Below are positions 8,195 to 17,316 of a stretch of DNA of 32,000 nt, in pieces. Positions within the stretch are counted from its first letter, which is position 1; each line of letters starts with the position of its first letter. Both the position numbers and the translations under genes were made by a program. Source of the DNA: Schaalia meyeri (GTDB taxonomy: Bacteria > Actinomycetota > Actinomycetes > Actinomycetales > Actinomycetaceae); contig NZ_FNLK01000012.1 in assembly GCF_900105015.1 (NCBI RefSeq), positions 360,001-392,000 on the forward strand, written 5' to 3'. Under the pieces are notes generated by a model, which was not told the origin of the DNA, searched no databases, and was given only the letters and a program-made list of their open reading frames with translations.

Positions 8195-9076
8195 TCAGCG
8201 GATCGTGACAGCTCGCGAGACCAGGCCCTGACGCGCGCGGCGCTCCTTGCCGTCCAGGCGCTCGGTGACGGTCAGCGCCTGCTTGAGGGCCCGTGCCAGC
8301 TCCTGCGTGCCCGGCGCGGCGTCGGCCGCCCCGGTTCCCTCGGGCAGCTCGAAGACGGGGACGATCAGGCCGCACGCGCGGAAGGAACCCACGTAGCGGG
8401 ATCCTTCGCCGACGTTGGCCGCCCCGCGCACGGCCAGGCGGGCCAGCGCGTCAAAGAGCTTGGTTTCGTCGTTGTCCGTCAGGAAGCGCACGAAGTTACG
8501 GTTCATCTCGCACCAGTACGCGCCCGGGACGCCGGGCACGGGTTCGGTCGGGATGATCTCATCGCGGTTGCGTTCCAGGGCGCGGCGCGTCTGGTCGTCG
8601 ATCTCCTCAGCGGGGTCGAACCAGAACGAAAAGTCTTCCTCGATCTTCATGTCCGTGAAGCTGTCGGCGTCAACGATGTCCTGGAGACGTTCGGAGGGCT
8701 CGCGCACGTCCACGGAGATGACGCCTTCGTCACCGGCTTCCTTCGCGGCGATGGCCGCCAACAGGGCGGCACCCGCGTCGTGGCTGAGGTCCGCGGAGTT
8801 CGAGCGCGTCTGCAACGCGACCATGATGCGGCCGTCGGGGCGCACCATGGCGGGGTGCCCCTCGGGCAGCAGGGTGACGAAATCGAATTCGATTGAGCCG
8901 TGTTCCGCATCGGTGCACGCGGTCAGCGTGGCCGCCGGGATGAGTTCGCGCATGGCGACCAGCTCAATCTCCTTCGGCAGCCCCTCGTAGGGGCGCGCGA
9001 CGAAGGGGATCGGCGGTCGATACGCTTTGAGCTTGGCGGGATCGGTGACCTTTTTGCGGCGGCTTGCTTTACCCAT
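8195..9076 (-). CDS. Conserved actinobacterial protein, DUF5926-like
   Basis: 293 aa with a basic N-terminus MGKASRRKK followed by PFVARPYEGLP...WVAMRELIPAAT-type sequence, recalled as DUF5926. No catalytic motif recognised. Confidence 0.75.
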   Translation of the reverse strand: MGKASRRKKVTDPAKLKAYRPPIPFVARPYEGLPKEIELVAMRELIPAATLTACTDAEHGSIEFDFVTLLPEGHPAMVRPDGRIMVALQTRSNSADLSHDAGAALLAAIAAKEAGDEGVISVDVREPSERLQDIVDADSFTDMKIEEDFSFWFDPAEEIDDQTRRALERNRDEIIPTEPVPGVPGAYWCEMNRNFVRFLTDNDETKLFDALARLAVRGAANVGEGSRYVGSFRACGLIVPVFELPEGTGAADAAPGTQELARALKQALTVTERLDGKERRARQGLVSRAVTIR

Positions 9077-9169
9077 GTGAGTATCGTAGCCGGTTTCCCC
9101 TGGGCGACCAGGCCGGGACCCGGTGAACCGGTCATCTCACCCAGCCCCGTCCCTGCCGCCGCGCCCCTC

Positions 9170-10789
9170 TTACCGCACGTCGCCGCGGGCGATCGCCTCG
9201 ACGCCGCTCAGGCCGGCACGGTACGAGGCCAGGAAGCGCTCGTATCCCGCCACCCCCTCGGGCGTGGGGGCCAGCGCAGAGACGGAGGCGTCTGCGAAGA
9301 CGCGAGAGCGCAGGTATTCGGGCAGAGGCAGGGCGGTGGCGGCCTCGTCCCCGAAGAGACCGGCGCGCGCGGCCCGGTAGCGTGCGAGCACCGCAATGCC
9401 CCACGCGCCGCCCTCGCCCGCGGTTTCGCCGACGGAGACGGGGATGTTCAGGGAGTCGGCGAGGATCTGCTGGGCGACACGGGGGGTCTTGAAAAGGCCG
9501 CCGTGGGCGAACAGCGAATCGAGGCGCACGCCTTCCTCGCGCAGGATGTCGACCCCGATGCGCACGGCGGCGAAGACACTCATGAGCTGGGCGCGCACCG
9601 CGTTGGCCAGGGTGACGCGCGCGTCAGGCGTGTGCGTCAAGAGCGGCTGCGCGGCGGTCAGTCCGACGAGGGGCTCGGCGGAGAGCGTGTTGTAGGCCAT
9701 GACCCCGCCCGCGTCCTCCTCGCCCGTGAGCGCGTGCGCGTAGAGGGCGTCATAGATCGCGGGAGTGCGCACGTCGGCGCCGATGAGGCGCGCGAAGGAG
9801 GCGAACATGGACACCCAGGCATCGATCTCCGAGGCGCCGTTGTTGGAGTGGGCCATGGCGACGGGCGAGCCGTCGGGCGTGGTCACCATGTCGATCTCGG
9901 TGTGCAGATTGGACAGGGACTTCTCCAGGACCGCCATGAGGAACACGGATGTTCCACACGAGATGTTGCCGGTGCGCTGGGCGATCGCATTGGTGGCGAT
10001 CATGCCGGTGCCGGCATCCCCCTCGGGCGGGCACAGGGGAATGCCGGGCCGCAGGGTACCCGTCGGGTCGATGAGTGCGGCACCCTCGGCGGTCAACGTC
10101 CCCGCGTCTTCGCCCGCGACGAGGACGGTCGGCAGGACGTCGCGCAGGCGCCATGGGACCCGGGAGGCCACCAGCGCCTCGTAGGCCTCCATCATGGGGC
10201 GGTCGTAGGTGAGCGTGGCCGAGTCGATGGGGAACATCCCGGATGCGTCGCCAACACCGAGGACGTCCCGCCCGGTCAACTGCGAATGCACCCAGCCGGC
10301 CAGCGTGGTCAGGCGGGCGACCTCATCAACCCGTTCCTCGCCGTCCAGGACCCCCTGGTGCAGGTGCGCGATCGACCAGCGCAGGGGGATGTTGAAAGAG
10401 AATAGGCGCGTGAGTTCGCCCGCGGCGCGCCCCGTGTTGGTGTTGCGCCACGTGCGGAAGGGGGCGATCTGGCGGCCGTCGGCATCGAAGGCGAGGTAGC
10501 CGTGCATCATCCCGGAGATGCCGATGGAGCCGTAGGAGGCGGGGGTCGTTCCGTAGCGGTCGCGCACGTCGGCGACCAGGGAGGCGTAGGCCTCTCGCAG
10601 GCCCTCCACCACCTGGTCCAGGGTGTAGGACCACAGGCCGCCATCGAGGTGGTTCTCCCAGGAGTGCCCGCCGGTGGCCAGCACCTCGTGGTCGGGTCCG
10701 ATCAGGACGGCTTTGATCCGCGTGGAACCGAACTCGATGCCGAGCGCGGTGTTAGATGCGGCGATGGCGGCGCTAGGGTCGGTGATCAT
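9170..10789 (-). CDS. FGGY-family carbohydrate kinase (xylulokinase/ribulokinase-like)
   Basis: N-terminal actin-fold phosphate-1 motif LGIEFGSTRIKAVL and C-terminal GGLFKT-type motif. Start placed at ATG 10789 because AAGGAG lies 6 nt upstream. The track ORF extends to 10831. Confidence 0.85.
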   Translation of the reverse strand: MITDPSAAIAASNTALGIEFGSTRIKAVLIGPDHEVLATGGHSWENHLDGGLWSYTLDQVVEGLREAYASLVADVRDRYGTTPASYGSIGISGMMHGYLAFDADGRQIAPFRTWRNTNTGRAAGELTRLFSFNIPLRWSIAHLHQGVLDGEERVDEVARLTTLAGWVHSQLTGRDVLGVGDASGMFPIDSATLTYDRPMMEAYEALVASRVPWRLRDVLPTVLVAGEDAGTLTAEGAALIDPTGTLRPGIPLCPPEGDAGTGMIATNAIAQRTGNISCGTSVFLMAVLEKSLSNLHTEIDMVTTPDGSPVAMAHSNNGASEIDAWVSMFASFARLIGADVRTPAIYDALYAHALTGEEDAGGVMAYNTLSAEPLVGLTAAQPLLTHTPDARVTLANAVRAQLMSVFAAVRIGVDILREEGVRLDSLFAHGGLFKTPRVAQQILADSLNIPVSVGETAGEGGAWGIAVLARYRAARAGLFGDEAATALPLPEYLRSRVFADASVSALAPTPEGVAGYERFLASYRAGLSGVEAIARGDVR

Positions 10790-10972
10790 GTGTACTCCTT
10801 GGGTCTTCATTGACGAGGCCGGGGCCGGCATGTGTGTTCACGGTAACACCATCGCACCCGTTCGGGGAGCCGATTGCTCTCACTTGCCCGCGGGGCGACG
10901 CCTGGGCCCCGTTCCCGCCCCCACCGCCCTCGCCCCCCCTGCCAGTCACCGCCGGGAGGACTGGGGCTTTCG

Positions 10973-11569
10973 TTAAGACGCCCCGATTCCCTCGGCGAAG
11001 AGACTCCGCATTCGATCGATGAAGACCAGTTCCTCCTCGGTGGGGGGCTTGGTGGAGCCGCGCTCGATCAGGGTCAGGGCCACCGACGCGTAGACGTGAG
11101 AGGCCAGGGGCAGAACCGAATCGTCAACGCGGCCCTTCGCCCACTGCCTGAACACCGACCGGTACATCTGGCGTAGCCGCTCGCTCAGGTCGCCGTCGTC
11201 TCCCCCTCGAATGCACAGCAGCGTGGTCAGGGCGCGCCCGTTGCGCGCGTAGAAGTCGGCCAGGTGCCGGCTCTGGGCCACACCGTCTCCTCCGCCGAGC
11301 CACATGCTCTCGATGGCCGGGGTGATGTCCTCCAGGAGGTAGGAGACCACCTCGGCCAGCAGGGCGTCCTTGTCCGTGTAGTGGTCGTAGAAGGTGGTGC
11401 GCGACACCATTGAGGCCGCGCAGATGTCGGTGACGCTCACGTGAGCGTAGGGCTTGGCCCGGCATGCCGTAATGAGGCCGGAGCGGATAGCGCGCCGCGT
11501 CTTTCGGATGCGCAGGTCCAGGTTCTTCTCGGCGTCTCGCCCGTGTGTGTCGGCCGCCCGCAAGAACAT
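10973..11569 (-). CDS. TetR/AcrR-family transcriptional regulator
   Basis: 198 aa. N-terminal HTH signature VSVTDICAASMVSRTTFYDHYTDKDALL. Divergent from a hydrolase gene. Confidence 0.88.
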   Translation of the reverse strand: MFLRAADTHGRDAEKNLDLRIRKTRRAIRSGLITACRAKPYAHVSVTDICAASMVSRTTFYDHYTDKDALLAEVVSYLLEDITPAIESMWLGGGDGVAQSRHLADFYARNGRALTTLLCIRGGDDGDLSERLRQMYRSVFRQWAKGRVDDSVLPLASHVYASVALTLIERGSTKPPTEEELVFIDRMRSLFAEGIGAS

Positions 11570-11613
11570 GTCTCTCCGATCAATAGCTCAGCATTTGCAT
11601 CCCTATCCTACGC

Positions 11614-11655
11614 ATAGCGGATGGAGTGTTCGGTAACAAACACTCCATCCGCTAT
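11614..11655. promoter_or_regulatory. 17-bp perfect inverted repeat, candidate TetR operator
   Basis: ATAGCGGATGGAGTGTT (11614-11630), 8-nt spacer, AACACTCCATCCGCTAT (11639-11655). It is centred in the 127-bp divergent intergenic region. Confidence 0.55.
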
Positions 11656-11696
11656 TGTGCGATCCGCCCTGGCTGACACGCGCGTAACCTCGAAGC

Positions 11697-12860
11697 ATGT
11701 TCACGCACTATACGGGCAACAGGCAATTCGACCTGCAACTGAACCGCTCCCTGAACCCGATCCTGGACCGCCCCGGAATGGAGCGCCTGGCCGCGAGCGC
11801 CCTCCCCCGCATCCGCTCCACCCGCCAGATCACTGAGCTCGCCCAGGAGTTGGCGGAGCGCTTAGAGTCCGAGGGGGACGCGGCGGCCGCGTGGCGCCTG
11901 CACTCCCTGGCGGCCTTTTATCTGCCCGCGAGCGACCCGCGCAAGCGCCGCTTCATCAACGCGATGTCGCGCGGCTTCGACGCCTCTCACTCCCACCTGG
12001 CGCTCAGCCGCCACGCGATCCCCTACGGCGGCGGGGCTCTGACGGCGATCCGCTGGGAGGCGGACCTACGCGACCGTGCTCGCTGCGGCGAGGCCGTCCC
12101 GCGCGTCCTCGTCATGATGAACGGCTTCGACGGCTACGCGGAGGAGATCATGAGCTTCGCCGAACACTTTCCTTCCCGCCCCTTCGACATCATCGCCTTC
12201 GACGGGCCCGGACAGGGGCACACGGCGCTGGCGGGTATGCCTCTGGAGCCGCGCTGGGAGCACCCGACGACCGCGGTCCTGGACTACTTCGACCTCAACA
12301 GCGCGGCCGCCCTCGGCCTGTCCTTCGGTGGCTACCTGGTCATGCGCGCCGCCGCCCACGTGCCGCGCATCAGCCACGTCATCGCTTTCGACATGATGTA
12401 CCGGCTGCTGGACGGGCTGACGATGCCCCTGCCCCGCCCCCTGCGCCCCCTCGTTTCCTCGGTCGTCGAGCGCGCGCGGCCCGCGTGGCTGATCGACGCG
12501 GCCATGTCCGTCGTACCCCGCGCGAGCGCGGACCTGGCGTGGAAGCTGCAGCAGGCGCGCCACCTGACGGGACTGAGCAGGCCCAGCGACGTGGTGCGGG
12601 CGCTGGGAGCGTTCACAATGGAGCCCCTGGCGGGCATGATTCGCCAGCCCTGCCTGGTGATGGCGGGGGACGCGGACCAGTACGTGCCGATCACACGCCT
12701 GGCGGACGTGCGACGCGTCCTGGCGGGCGCCGAATCGCTGGATGTGCAGGTGTTCCACCAGGCGCAGGACCCGGACATGGCGCAGCACTGCCAGATCGGA
12801 AACCCTCACCGAGCCTTTGAGATCATGGGTGACTGGCTGACGCGTTCACCTGCGCACTAG
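11697..12860 (+). CDS. Alpha/beta hydrolase
   Basis: 387 aa with FDGPGQGH and nucleophile elbow LGLSFGGYLV. Divergently paired with the TetR gene. Confidence 0.82.
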   Translation: MFTHYTGNRQFDLQLNRSLNPILDRPGMERLAASALPRIRSTRQITELAQELAERLESEGDAAAAWRLHSLAAFYLPASDPRKRRFINAMSRGFDASHSHLALSRHAIPYGGGALTAIRWEADLRDRARCGEAVPRVLVMMNGFDGYAEEIMSFAEHFPSRPFDIIAFDGPGQGHTALAGMPLEPRWEHPTTAVLDYFDLNSAAALGLSFGGYLVMRAAAHVPRISHVIAFDMMYRLLDGLTMPLPRPLRPLVSSVVERARPAWLIDAAMSVVPRASADLAWKLQQARHLTGLSRPSDVVRALGAFTMEPLAGMIRQPCLVMAGDADQYVPITRLADVRRVLAGAESLDVQVFHQAQDPDMAQHCQIGNPHRAFEIMGDWLTRSPAH

Positions 12861-12901
12861 AGCCCCACGTCAGCCGACCTGATCCCACTGAGCGAGCATT
12901 T

Positions 12902-12920
12902 TTCGATATTTTGTATCGAA
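12902..12920. promoter_or_regulatory. Small AT-rich inverted repeat upstream of the defence operon
   Basis: TTCGATA-ttttg-TATCGAA in an AT-rich 87-bp leader. A second inverted repeat, ATAGC-n5-GCTAT (12935-12949), overlaps the ATG. Confidence 0.3.
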
Positions 12921-12947
12921 TACGACGTTTTGAGATAGCATGTCGCT

Positions 12948-14258
12948 ATGCATCTCCTGCGATTCACGTTTGAGAACCATCGGTCGTTCCGCGACGAGGC
13001 GACCCTCGACCTGACGCGCTCCTCCCTCAAGACACTCCGCCTACCGCAGGGCACCACATGGGGTGACCACATCCACCACGTGGACGGGATCTACGGGGCC
13101 AATGCGTCCGGGAAGACGAATGTCCTCGACGCGCTCCACTACACGCTTGGGGCCATCGGGTCCTCTGCAACATCCTGGCTCGATCACTCTCAATTCCCTC
13201 GAGCGCCCTTCGCCCTCACCCCGCAGTCCACGACAGTTCCCGCCACATTCGAGCTCGAGTTCATTCACGACGGCCGGCGCTATGAGCATCGATTCGTCGC
13301 GAGCGCTGACGGCGTTGTTGATGAATCACTCCGCGTCGTCGGCACTCGATGGAAAACGGTCTACACGCGGTCGAAGAACGGACGCGTCAAGGGCCTCAGG
13401 GGAATCCCAAGTGTCCACTCGCGCGAACTTGCACTATCACGCGCAGCTCGACTCGGCAATGCGATCATCGAGCCTATCTGGAAAGCACTTATGCGTGGAT
13501 TCGACATCTATCGCGTCGGAGACCGCGAGGTTAGTGAACGCCTCGATCACATCGCACGACAGCTCCAAGACCGAACCCTCAGCCTTGATGCTCTCGTCAC
13601 CCTCGCACACATCGCGGATACCGGGATCACAGACATTGAGGTTGAGGTTGAAGAACGAGCAATTCCCTCACAGTTCGCACAGCTACTCGCACAGATGATC
13701 GCTCCTTCGAACGACGCCGATCAGGAAGACACACCAGAGAACTCGTCGGACGAAGCCGAGGAGCTGAGCAATTTCATCGCACGCAACCTCCTTTTCCGCC
13801 ATGGAACAGAGAGCGGAAGACTCAGAAACTCCGACGAGTCCACGGGAACCATGGCTTGGCTTGCACTGGGGACAGCCGTCGTCAGTGCTCTCAGGCAGGG
13901 CAAAGTCCTCGTCGTCGACGAGCTGGGGGCAAGCCTGCACCCACAGCTTTCCCGCCTCATCATTGACTGGTTTGAAGATCCAGAAATCAACACGACGGGT
14001 GCCCAGCTGATATTCACGAGTCATGACATGACCCTGCTCGATGCAGGCCGTGGCGACAGGGAGAAGTGGGAGCAGGTGTGGTTCGTTGAGAAGGGCGCCG
14101 ACGGAGCGAGCGAACTCTTCAACCTCGCTGACTTCCCGCTCCAAAAGGGCAGCAACATCGTCAAGCAGTACCTCGAGGGCCGATTCGGCGGCGTGCCCTA
14201 CACGGTTCCTTCGCTCATACACACACTCCTGAACACTCACGCCGAGGAAAAGGAGTGA
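12948..14258 (+). CDS. AAA_15/AAA_21-type (ABC/SMC-like) ATPase, AbiLi/RloA-like defence ATPase
   Basis: 436 aa. Walker A GANASGKTN (13095-13118), Walker B/D-loop VLVVDELGASLHPQ, H-loop IFTSHD. Lower G+C than the flanks. Followed 6 nt later by an RloB gene. Confidence 0.88.
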   Translation: MHLLRFTFENHRSFRDEATLDLTRSSLKTLRLPQGTTWGDHIHHVDGIYGANASGKTNVLDALHYTLGAIGSSATSWLDHSQFPRAPFALTPQSTTVPATFELEFIHDGRRYEHRFVASADGVVDESLRVVGTRWKTVYTRSKNGRVKGLRGIPSVHSRELALSRAARLGNAIIEPIWKALMRGFDIYRVGDREVSERLDHIARQLQDRTLSLDALVTLAHIADTGITDIEVEVEERAIPSQFAQLLAQMIAPSNDADQEDTPENSSDEAEELSNFIARNLLFRHGTESGRLRNSDESTGTMAWLALGTAVVSALRQGKVLVVDELGASLHPQLSRLIIDWFEDPEINTTGAQLIFTSHDMTLLDAGRGDREKWEQVWFVEKGADGASELFNLADFPLQKGSNIVKQYLEGRFGGVPYTVPSLIHTLLNTHAEEKE

Positions 14259-14264
14259 GAAGCA

Positions 14265-14849
14265 ATGGGACGACGTGATCCTCGCAAATCCCGTCACGCA
14301 AAACAGCTCAAGACGCATTACGCGGTCTTCACGGAAGGGTTGGTCACTGAACGTCAGTACCTTGAGCTGTTGCTCAAGCACCTCCGTCCTCGCCATGCGG
14401 CTTTTTCGATTAAACCTATCGGCAAAGATCCTTCGAGAATATTCACCGAGTACCGCAAAGCCGAGCGACGAGGCGATTTCGACCGCGCGATTCTCGTCGT
14501 TGACGTCGATCAGCACCACAAGCTTGACACGGTTTTGCGGGACTGCAGGTCTTCTACCGCCGTTGACGCAATCGTCACCAACCCTTGCTTCGAGCTGTGG
14601 CTGCTCTGGCATGCCACCGACAGACGAGGGTATACGGAAACACGCGAGTGTGTCAGGCTCGCGCGCATCAACAATCTGACGGGGGACAAGGATCTCAACA
14701 CGAAGTTTCCGATTGCCAGCTTCCCCGAGGCCGTGAAGCGGGCACAACAAGCGTGGTCGGAGCTCGCACCGAACAAGAAGGGTCCCAATCCGTCATCCGC
14801 CATGCCGTGGCTCATCGACCTGATGACGTCCACGCACCACAACAGCTAG
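14265..14849 (+). CDS. RloB-like (Toprim-related) protein, AbiLii-like
   Basis: 194 aa with RloB hallmarks: FTEGLVTERQYL (the CEGxxTE-type Glu), VVDVDQH (DxD) and TNPCFELWLLWH. Confidence 0.85.
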   Translation: MGRRDPRKSRHAKQLKTHYAVFTEGLVTERQYLELLLKHLRPRHAAFSIKPIGKDPSRIFTEYRKAERRGDFDRAILVVDVDQHHKLDTVLRDCRSSTAVDAIVTNPCFELWLLWHATDRRGYTETRECVRLARINNLTGDKDLNTKFPIASFPEAVKRAQQAWSELAPNKKGPNPSSAMPWLIDLMTSTHHNS

Positions 14850-15784
14850 CTGAGCTCAGCTCGCCTTCCGCCAACAACCCCGCAGCGGCGGGCCACGGCG
14901 TGCATGACGGCGGCGGCCCCGTCGTTTTCGACGGCCGCGGTCACGTGGCGCGCGTGAGAGCGCACCTCCTGGGACGCGCCACCCATAGCGACACCAAACG
15001 CCGCCCACTGAATCATCGCGATGTCGTTCGTGCCGTCGCCCACAGCGACCGTGCCGAAACCGGGGACGTCCAGGCGCGAGCGCAGCGCCTCCAGGCCGCT
15101 GGCCTTCGTGACCCCCAGGGGTTCGATGTCGGCCCACGACGTCCAGCCGACGAAGACCTCGTGCGTGCGCGCCATGCTCAGGGAATCCAGGGCCGCCTCG
15201 AAGCGATCGCGATCCATGCCGGGCACGCGCACGACGACCTTGGGGGTCGGCGTGGCGGCCAGCTCCTCCATGGAGACAATGCGACGGTCGGCGCCCTCGA
15301 TCTCGTTGTTCGGGAAGGGCGCGGACAGCAGCGTGTCCGGGTGAGGCATTGACGCAAACACCGCCTCCGGGAGGGCGTCCGCGATCTCTGCCAGGAGCGG
15401 CCCGGGCACAAAGGTGCGTTCCTCGACGATCTCGCACGCCCCGTCCGACACGCGCACGAGGGTGGCGCCGTTATTGCACAGCGCCCACCCGTCCGTAAAG
15501 TTCAGAAGCTCCAGGATCGGGCAGACCCCCTCGAGCGCGCGGCCCGAGGCGATGATCACCTGGGCACCCGCGCCGGCCAGGCCGTGGATCCCCTCAAGGA
15601 CGCGCTCGGTCGCCCCCGCGGGGGTCAGGATCGTGCCGTCGATGTCCAGCGCAACCAGGACCTTCGACGCGTCCGACGGGAAGTCCCGGGGCAGGGCGGC
15701 CCCGGCCTGGTCGCGCAGGACACCGAAGGGCCGGGCGGCCTCCCCCGAGGGCGGGACCGTCAGGAAACGCTCCTGCGTCATCAC
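14846..15784 (-). CDS. HAD-superfamily Cof-type (IIB) phosphatase
   Basis: [11 protein letters not shown] (motif I) and [16 protein letters not shown] (motif IV). The start (GTG 15784 or ATG 15781) overlaps the serS stop. Confidence 0.88.
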   Translation of the reverse strand: MMTQERFLTVPPSGEAARPFGVLRDQAGAALPRDFPSDASKVLVALDIDGTILTPAGATERVLEGIHGLAGAGAQVIIASGRALEGVCPILELLNFTDGWALCNNGATLVRVSDGACEIVEERTFVPGPLLAEIADALPEAVFASMPHPDTLLSAPFPNNEIEGADRRIVSMEELAATPTPKVVVRVPGMDRDRFEAALDSLSMARTHEVFVGWTSWADIEPLGVTKASGLEALRSRLDVPGFGTVAVGDGTNDIAMIQWAAFGVAMGGASQEVRSHARHVTAAVENDGAAAVMHAVARRCGVVGGRRAELS

Positions 15785-17055
15785 GCCACCGGGTTCAGGA
15801 CCTCAAGCCCTCCCAGGTAGGGGCGCATGGCCTCGGGCACGTAGACGGACCCGTCAGGGCGCTGGTGGTTCTCCAGGATGGCGACCAGCCAGCGGGTGGT
15901 GGCCAGCGTGCCGTTGAGGGTGGCGACCGGAGCCATGCCGTCCTCGCGGCGCTCGCGAATGCCCAGGCGGCGTGCCTGGAAGGTGGTGCAATTCGAGGTC
16001 GAGGTGACCTCCATGTAGCGCTCCTGGGTGGGCAGCCACGCCTCGCAGTCGAACTTGCGGGCGGCGGAGGTCCCCAGGTCGCCGGCGGCCGTGTCGATGA
16101 CGCGGTAGGGCAGCTCGACCTTGGCCAGCATCTGTTCCTCCCACGCCAGGAAGCGCGCGTGCTCCTCGGTGGCGTCCTCGGGGCGGCAGTAGCTGAACAT
16201 CTCGACCTTGTTGAACTGGTGGACACGGATGATGCCGCGCGTGTCCTTGCCGGCCGACCCCGCCTCGCGGCGGTAGCAGGTGGACCAGCCCATGTAGCGC
16301 TTGGGGCCGCCGTCAAGGTCCAGGATCTCGTCCGCGTGGTAGCCGGCCAGGGCCACCTCGGACGTGCCTGTCAGGTACAGGTCGTCGGTCGGCAGATAGT
16401 AGATCTCGTCCGAATGCTCATTCAAAAAGCCGGTGCCGCCCATGACCTGGGGGGTCACCAGGGTCGGAGTCATCATGGGGACGAACCCGGCCTCGATCCC
16501 CTGGTCCATGGCCATCGTCATGAGGGCCAGCTCGAGGCGGGCGCCAATGCCCTTGAGGTAGTAGAAGCGGGCGCCAGAGACCTTCGCGCCGCGCTTCGTG
16601 TCGATCGCATCCAGCCCCTCACCGAGGGCCAGGTGGTCCCTGGGCGCAAAGCCCTCCTGGGCAAAGTCGCGGGGGGTGGGCCCCTCGTGGCGCAGGACCA
16701 CGAAGTCCTCTTCGCCGCCGACGGGCACGCTGTCTGCGATCAGGTTGGGCAGCAGGCGCGCCAGGCGGTCGGCCTCGGCGTCGGCGGCGCCCGCCCGGGC
16801 CTCGGCGGCCTTGACCTGCTCGGCGAGCTCCTTGGCGCGGGCCAGGATCGCGGGGCGCTCTTCCTTGGAAGCGCGGCCCACGGACTTGGAGACCTCCTTC
16901 TGGGTGGCTCGCAGCGACTCGAAGGCCTGCAGGGCCTCTCGGCGCTTCGCGTCGGCTTCGATGATCTCATCAACGAGGCCGGGGTTGGCTCCGCGGGCAC
17001 GCTGGGAGGCGCGGGCGGGTTCGGGGTTCTCACGCAGGGCACGCACATCAATCAT
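15781..17055 (-). CDS. serS: Seryl-tRNA synthetase
   Basis: 424 aa. N-terminal coiled-coil arm [12 protein letters not shown]... and class II core motifs (FRxE-type [29 protein letters not shown]). Confidence 0.96.
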   Translation of the reverse strand: MIDVRALRENPEPARASQRARGANPGLVDEIIEADAKRREALQAFESLRATQKEVSKSVGRASKEERPAILARAKELAEQVKAAEARAGAADAEADRLARLLPNLIADSVPVGGEEDFVVLRHEGPTPRDFAQEGFAPRDHLALGEGLDAIDTKRGAKVSGARFYYLKGIGARLELALMTMAMDQGIEAGFVPMMTPTLVTPQVMGGTGFLNEHSDEIYYLPTDDLYLTGTSEVALAGYHADEILDLDGGPKRYMGWSTCYRREAGSAGKDTRGIIRVHQFNKVEMFSYCRPEDATEEHARFLAWEEQMLAKVELPYRVIDTAAGDLGTSAARKFDCEAWLPTQERYMEVTSTSNCTTFQARRLGIRERREDGMAPVATLNGTLATTRWLVAILENHQRPDGSVYVPEAMRPYLGGLEVLNPVA

Positions 17056-17171
17056 GCGACCATCCTATGTCAGGTGGGCGCGTCGTGTCCCCACCCGCCC
17101 CGGGGTGAATACCGCGTCGCAGGTCAGGTTTATGCGTCCTCCCTCGATCAAGGGGTCGGGTTACCCAACAG

Positions 17172-17316
17172 TTATCCACCTTTGGCGAATAACCGTGTGG
17201 ATAACCCGGCGAGGTGCATACACCAACGGACCGCACCCGAATCGAAGCGCAACGAATATACATTTGTCAGCCCGTCTTCACCTCCCTCTCCGGTCGGCGA
17301 GATACCCTTATCCACA
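17172..17316. promoter_or_regulatory. Cluster of three DnaA-box-like 9-mers
   Basis: TTATCCACC (17172-17180, + strand), TTATCCACA (17196-17204, - strand) and TTATCCACA (17308-17316, + strand, abutting ATG 17316). Boxes 1 and 2 form a 9-bp inverted repeat, GTTATCCAC/GTGGATAAC. Confidence 0.45.

Noticed and set aside
13683-14750. 355-aa minus-strand ORF antisense to the ATPase/RloB pair, considered as a hidden third defence gene
   Set aside because: It has no motif, no start context and spans the junction of two plus-strand genes that each carry complete family signatures. It is most likely an antisense artefact, although expression data would be needed to exclude it fully.
12861-14860. Mobile-element boundaries (integrase, inverted or direct repeats, tRNA target) around the defence module
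   Set aside because: No integrase or transposase, tRNA or convincing flanking repeat was found. There is only a weak similarity between ctgagcgagc (12889-12898) and ctgagctcagc (14850-14860), so the module is reported as a compositional island only.
17056-17316. DnaA-box cluster, considered as the chromosomal origin (oriC)
   Set aside because: There are only three boxes, no adjacent dnaA/dnaN/rpmH genes and no obvious AT-rich unwinding element. A regulatory or titration site is more plausible.
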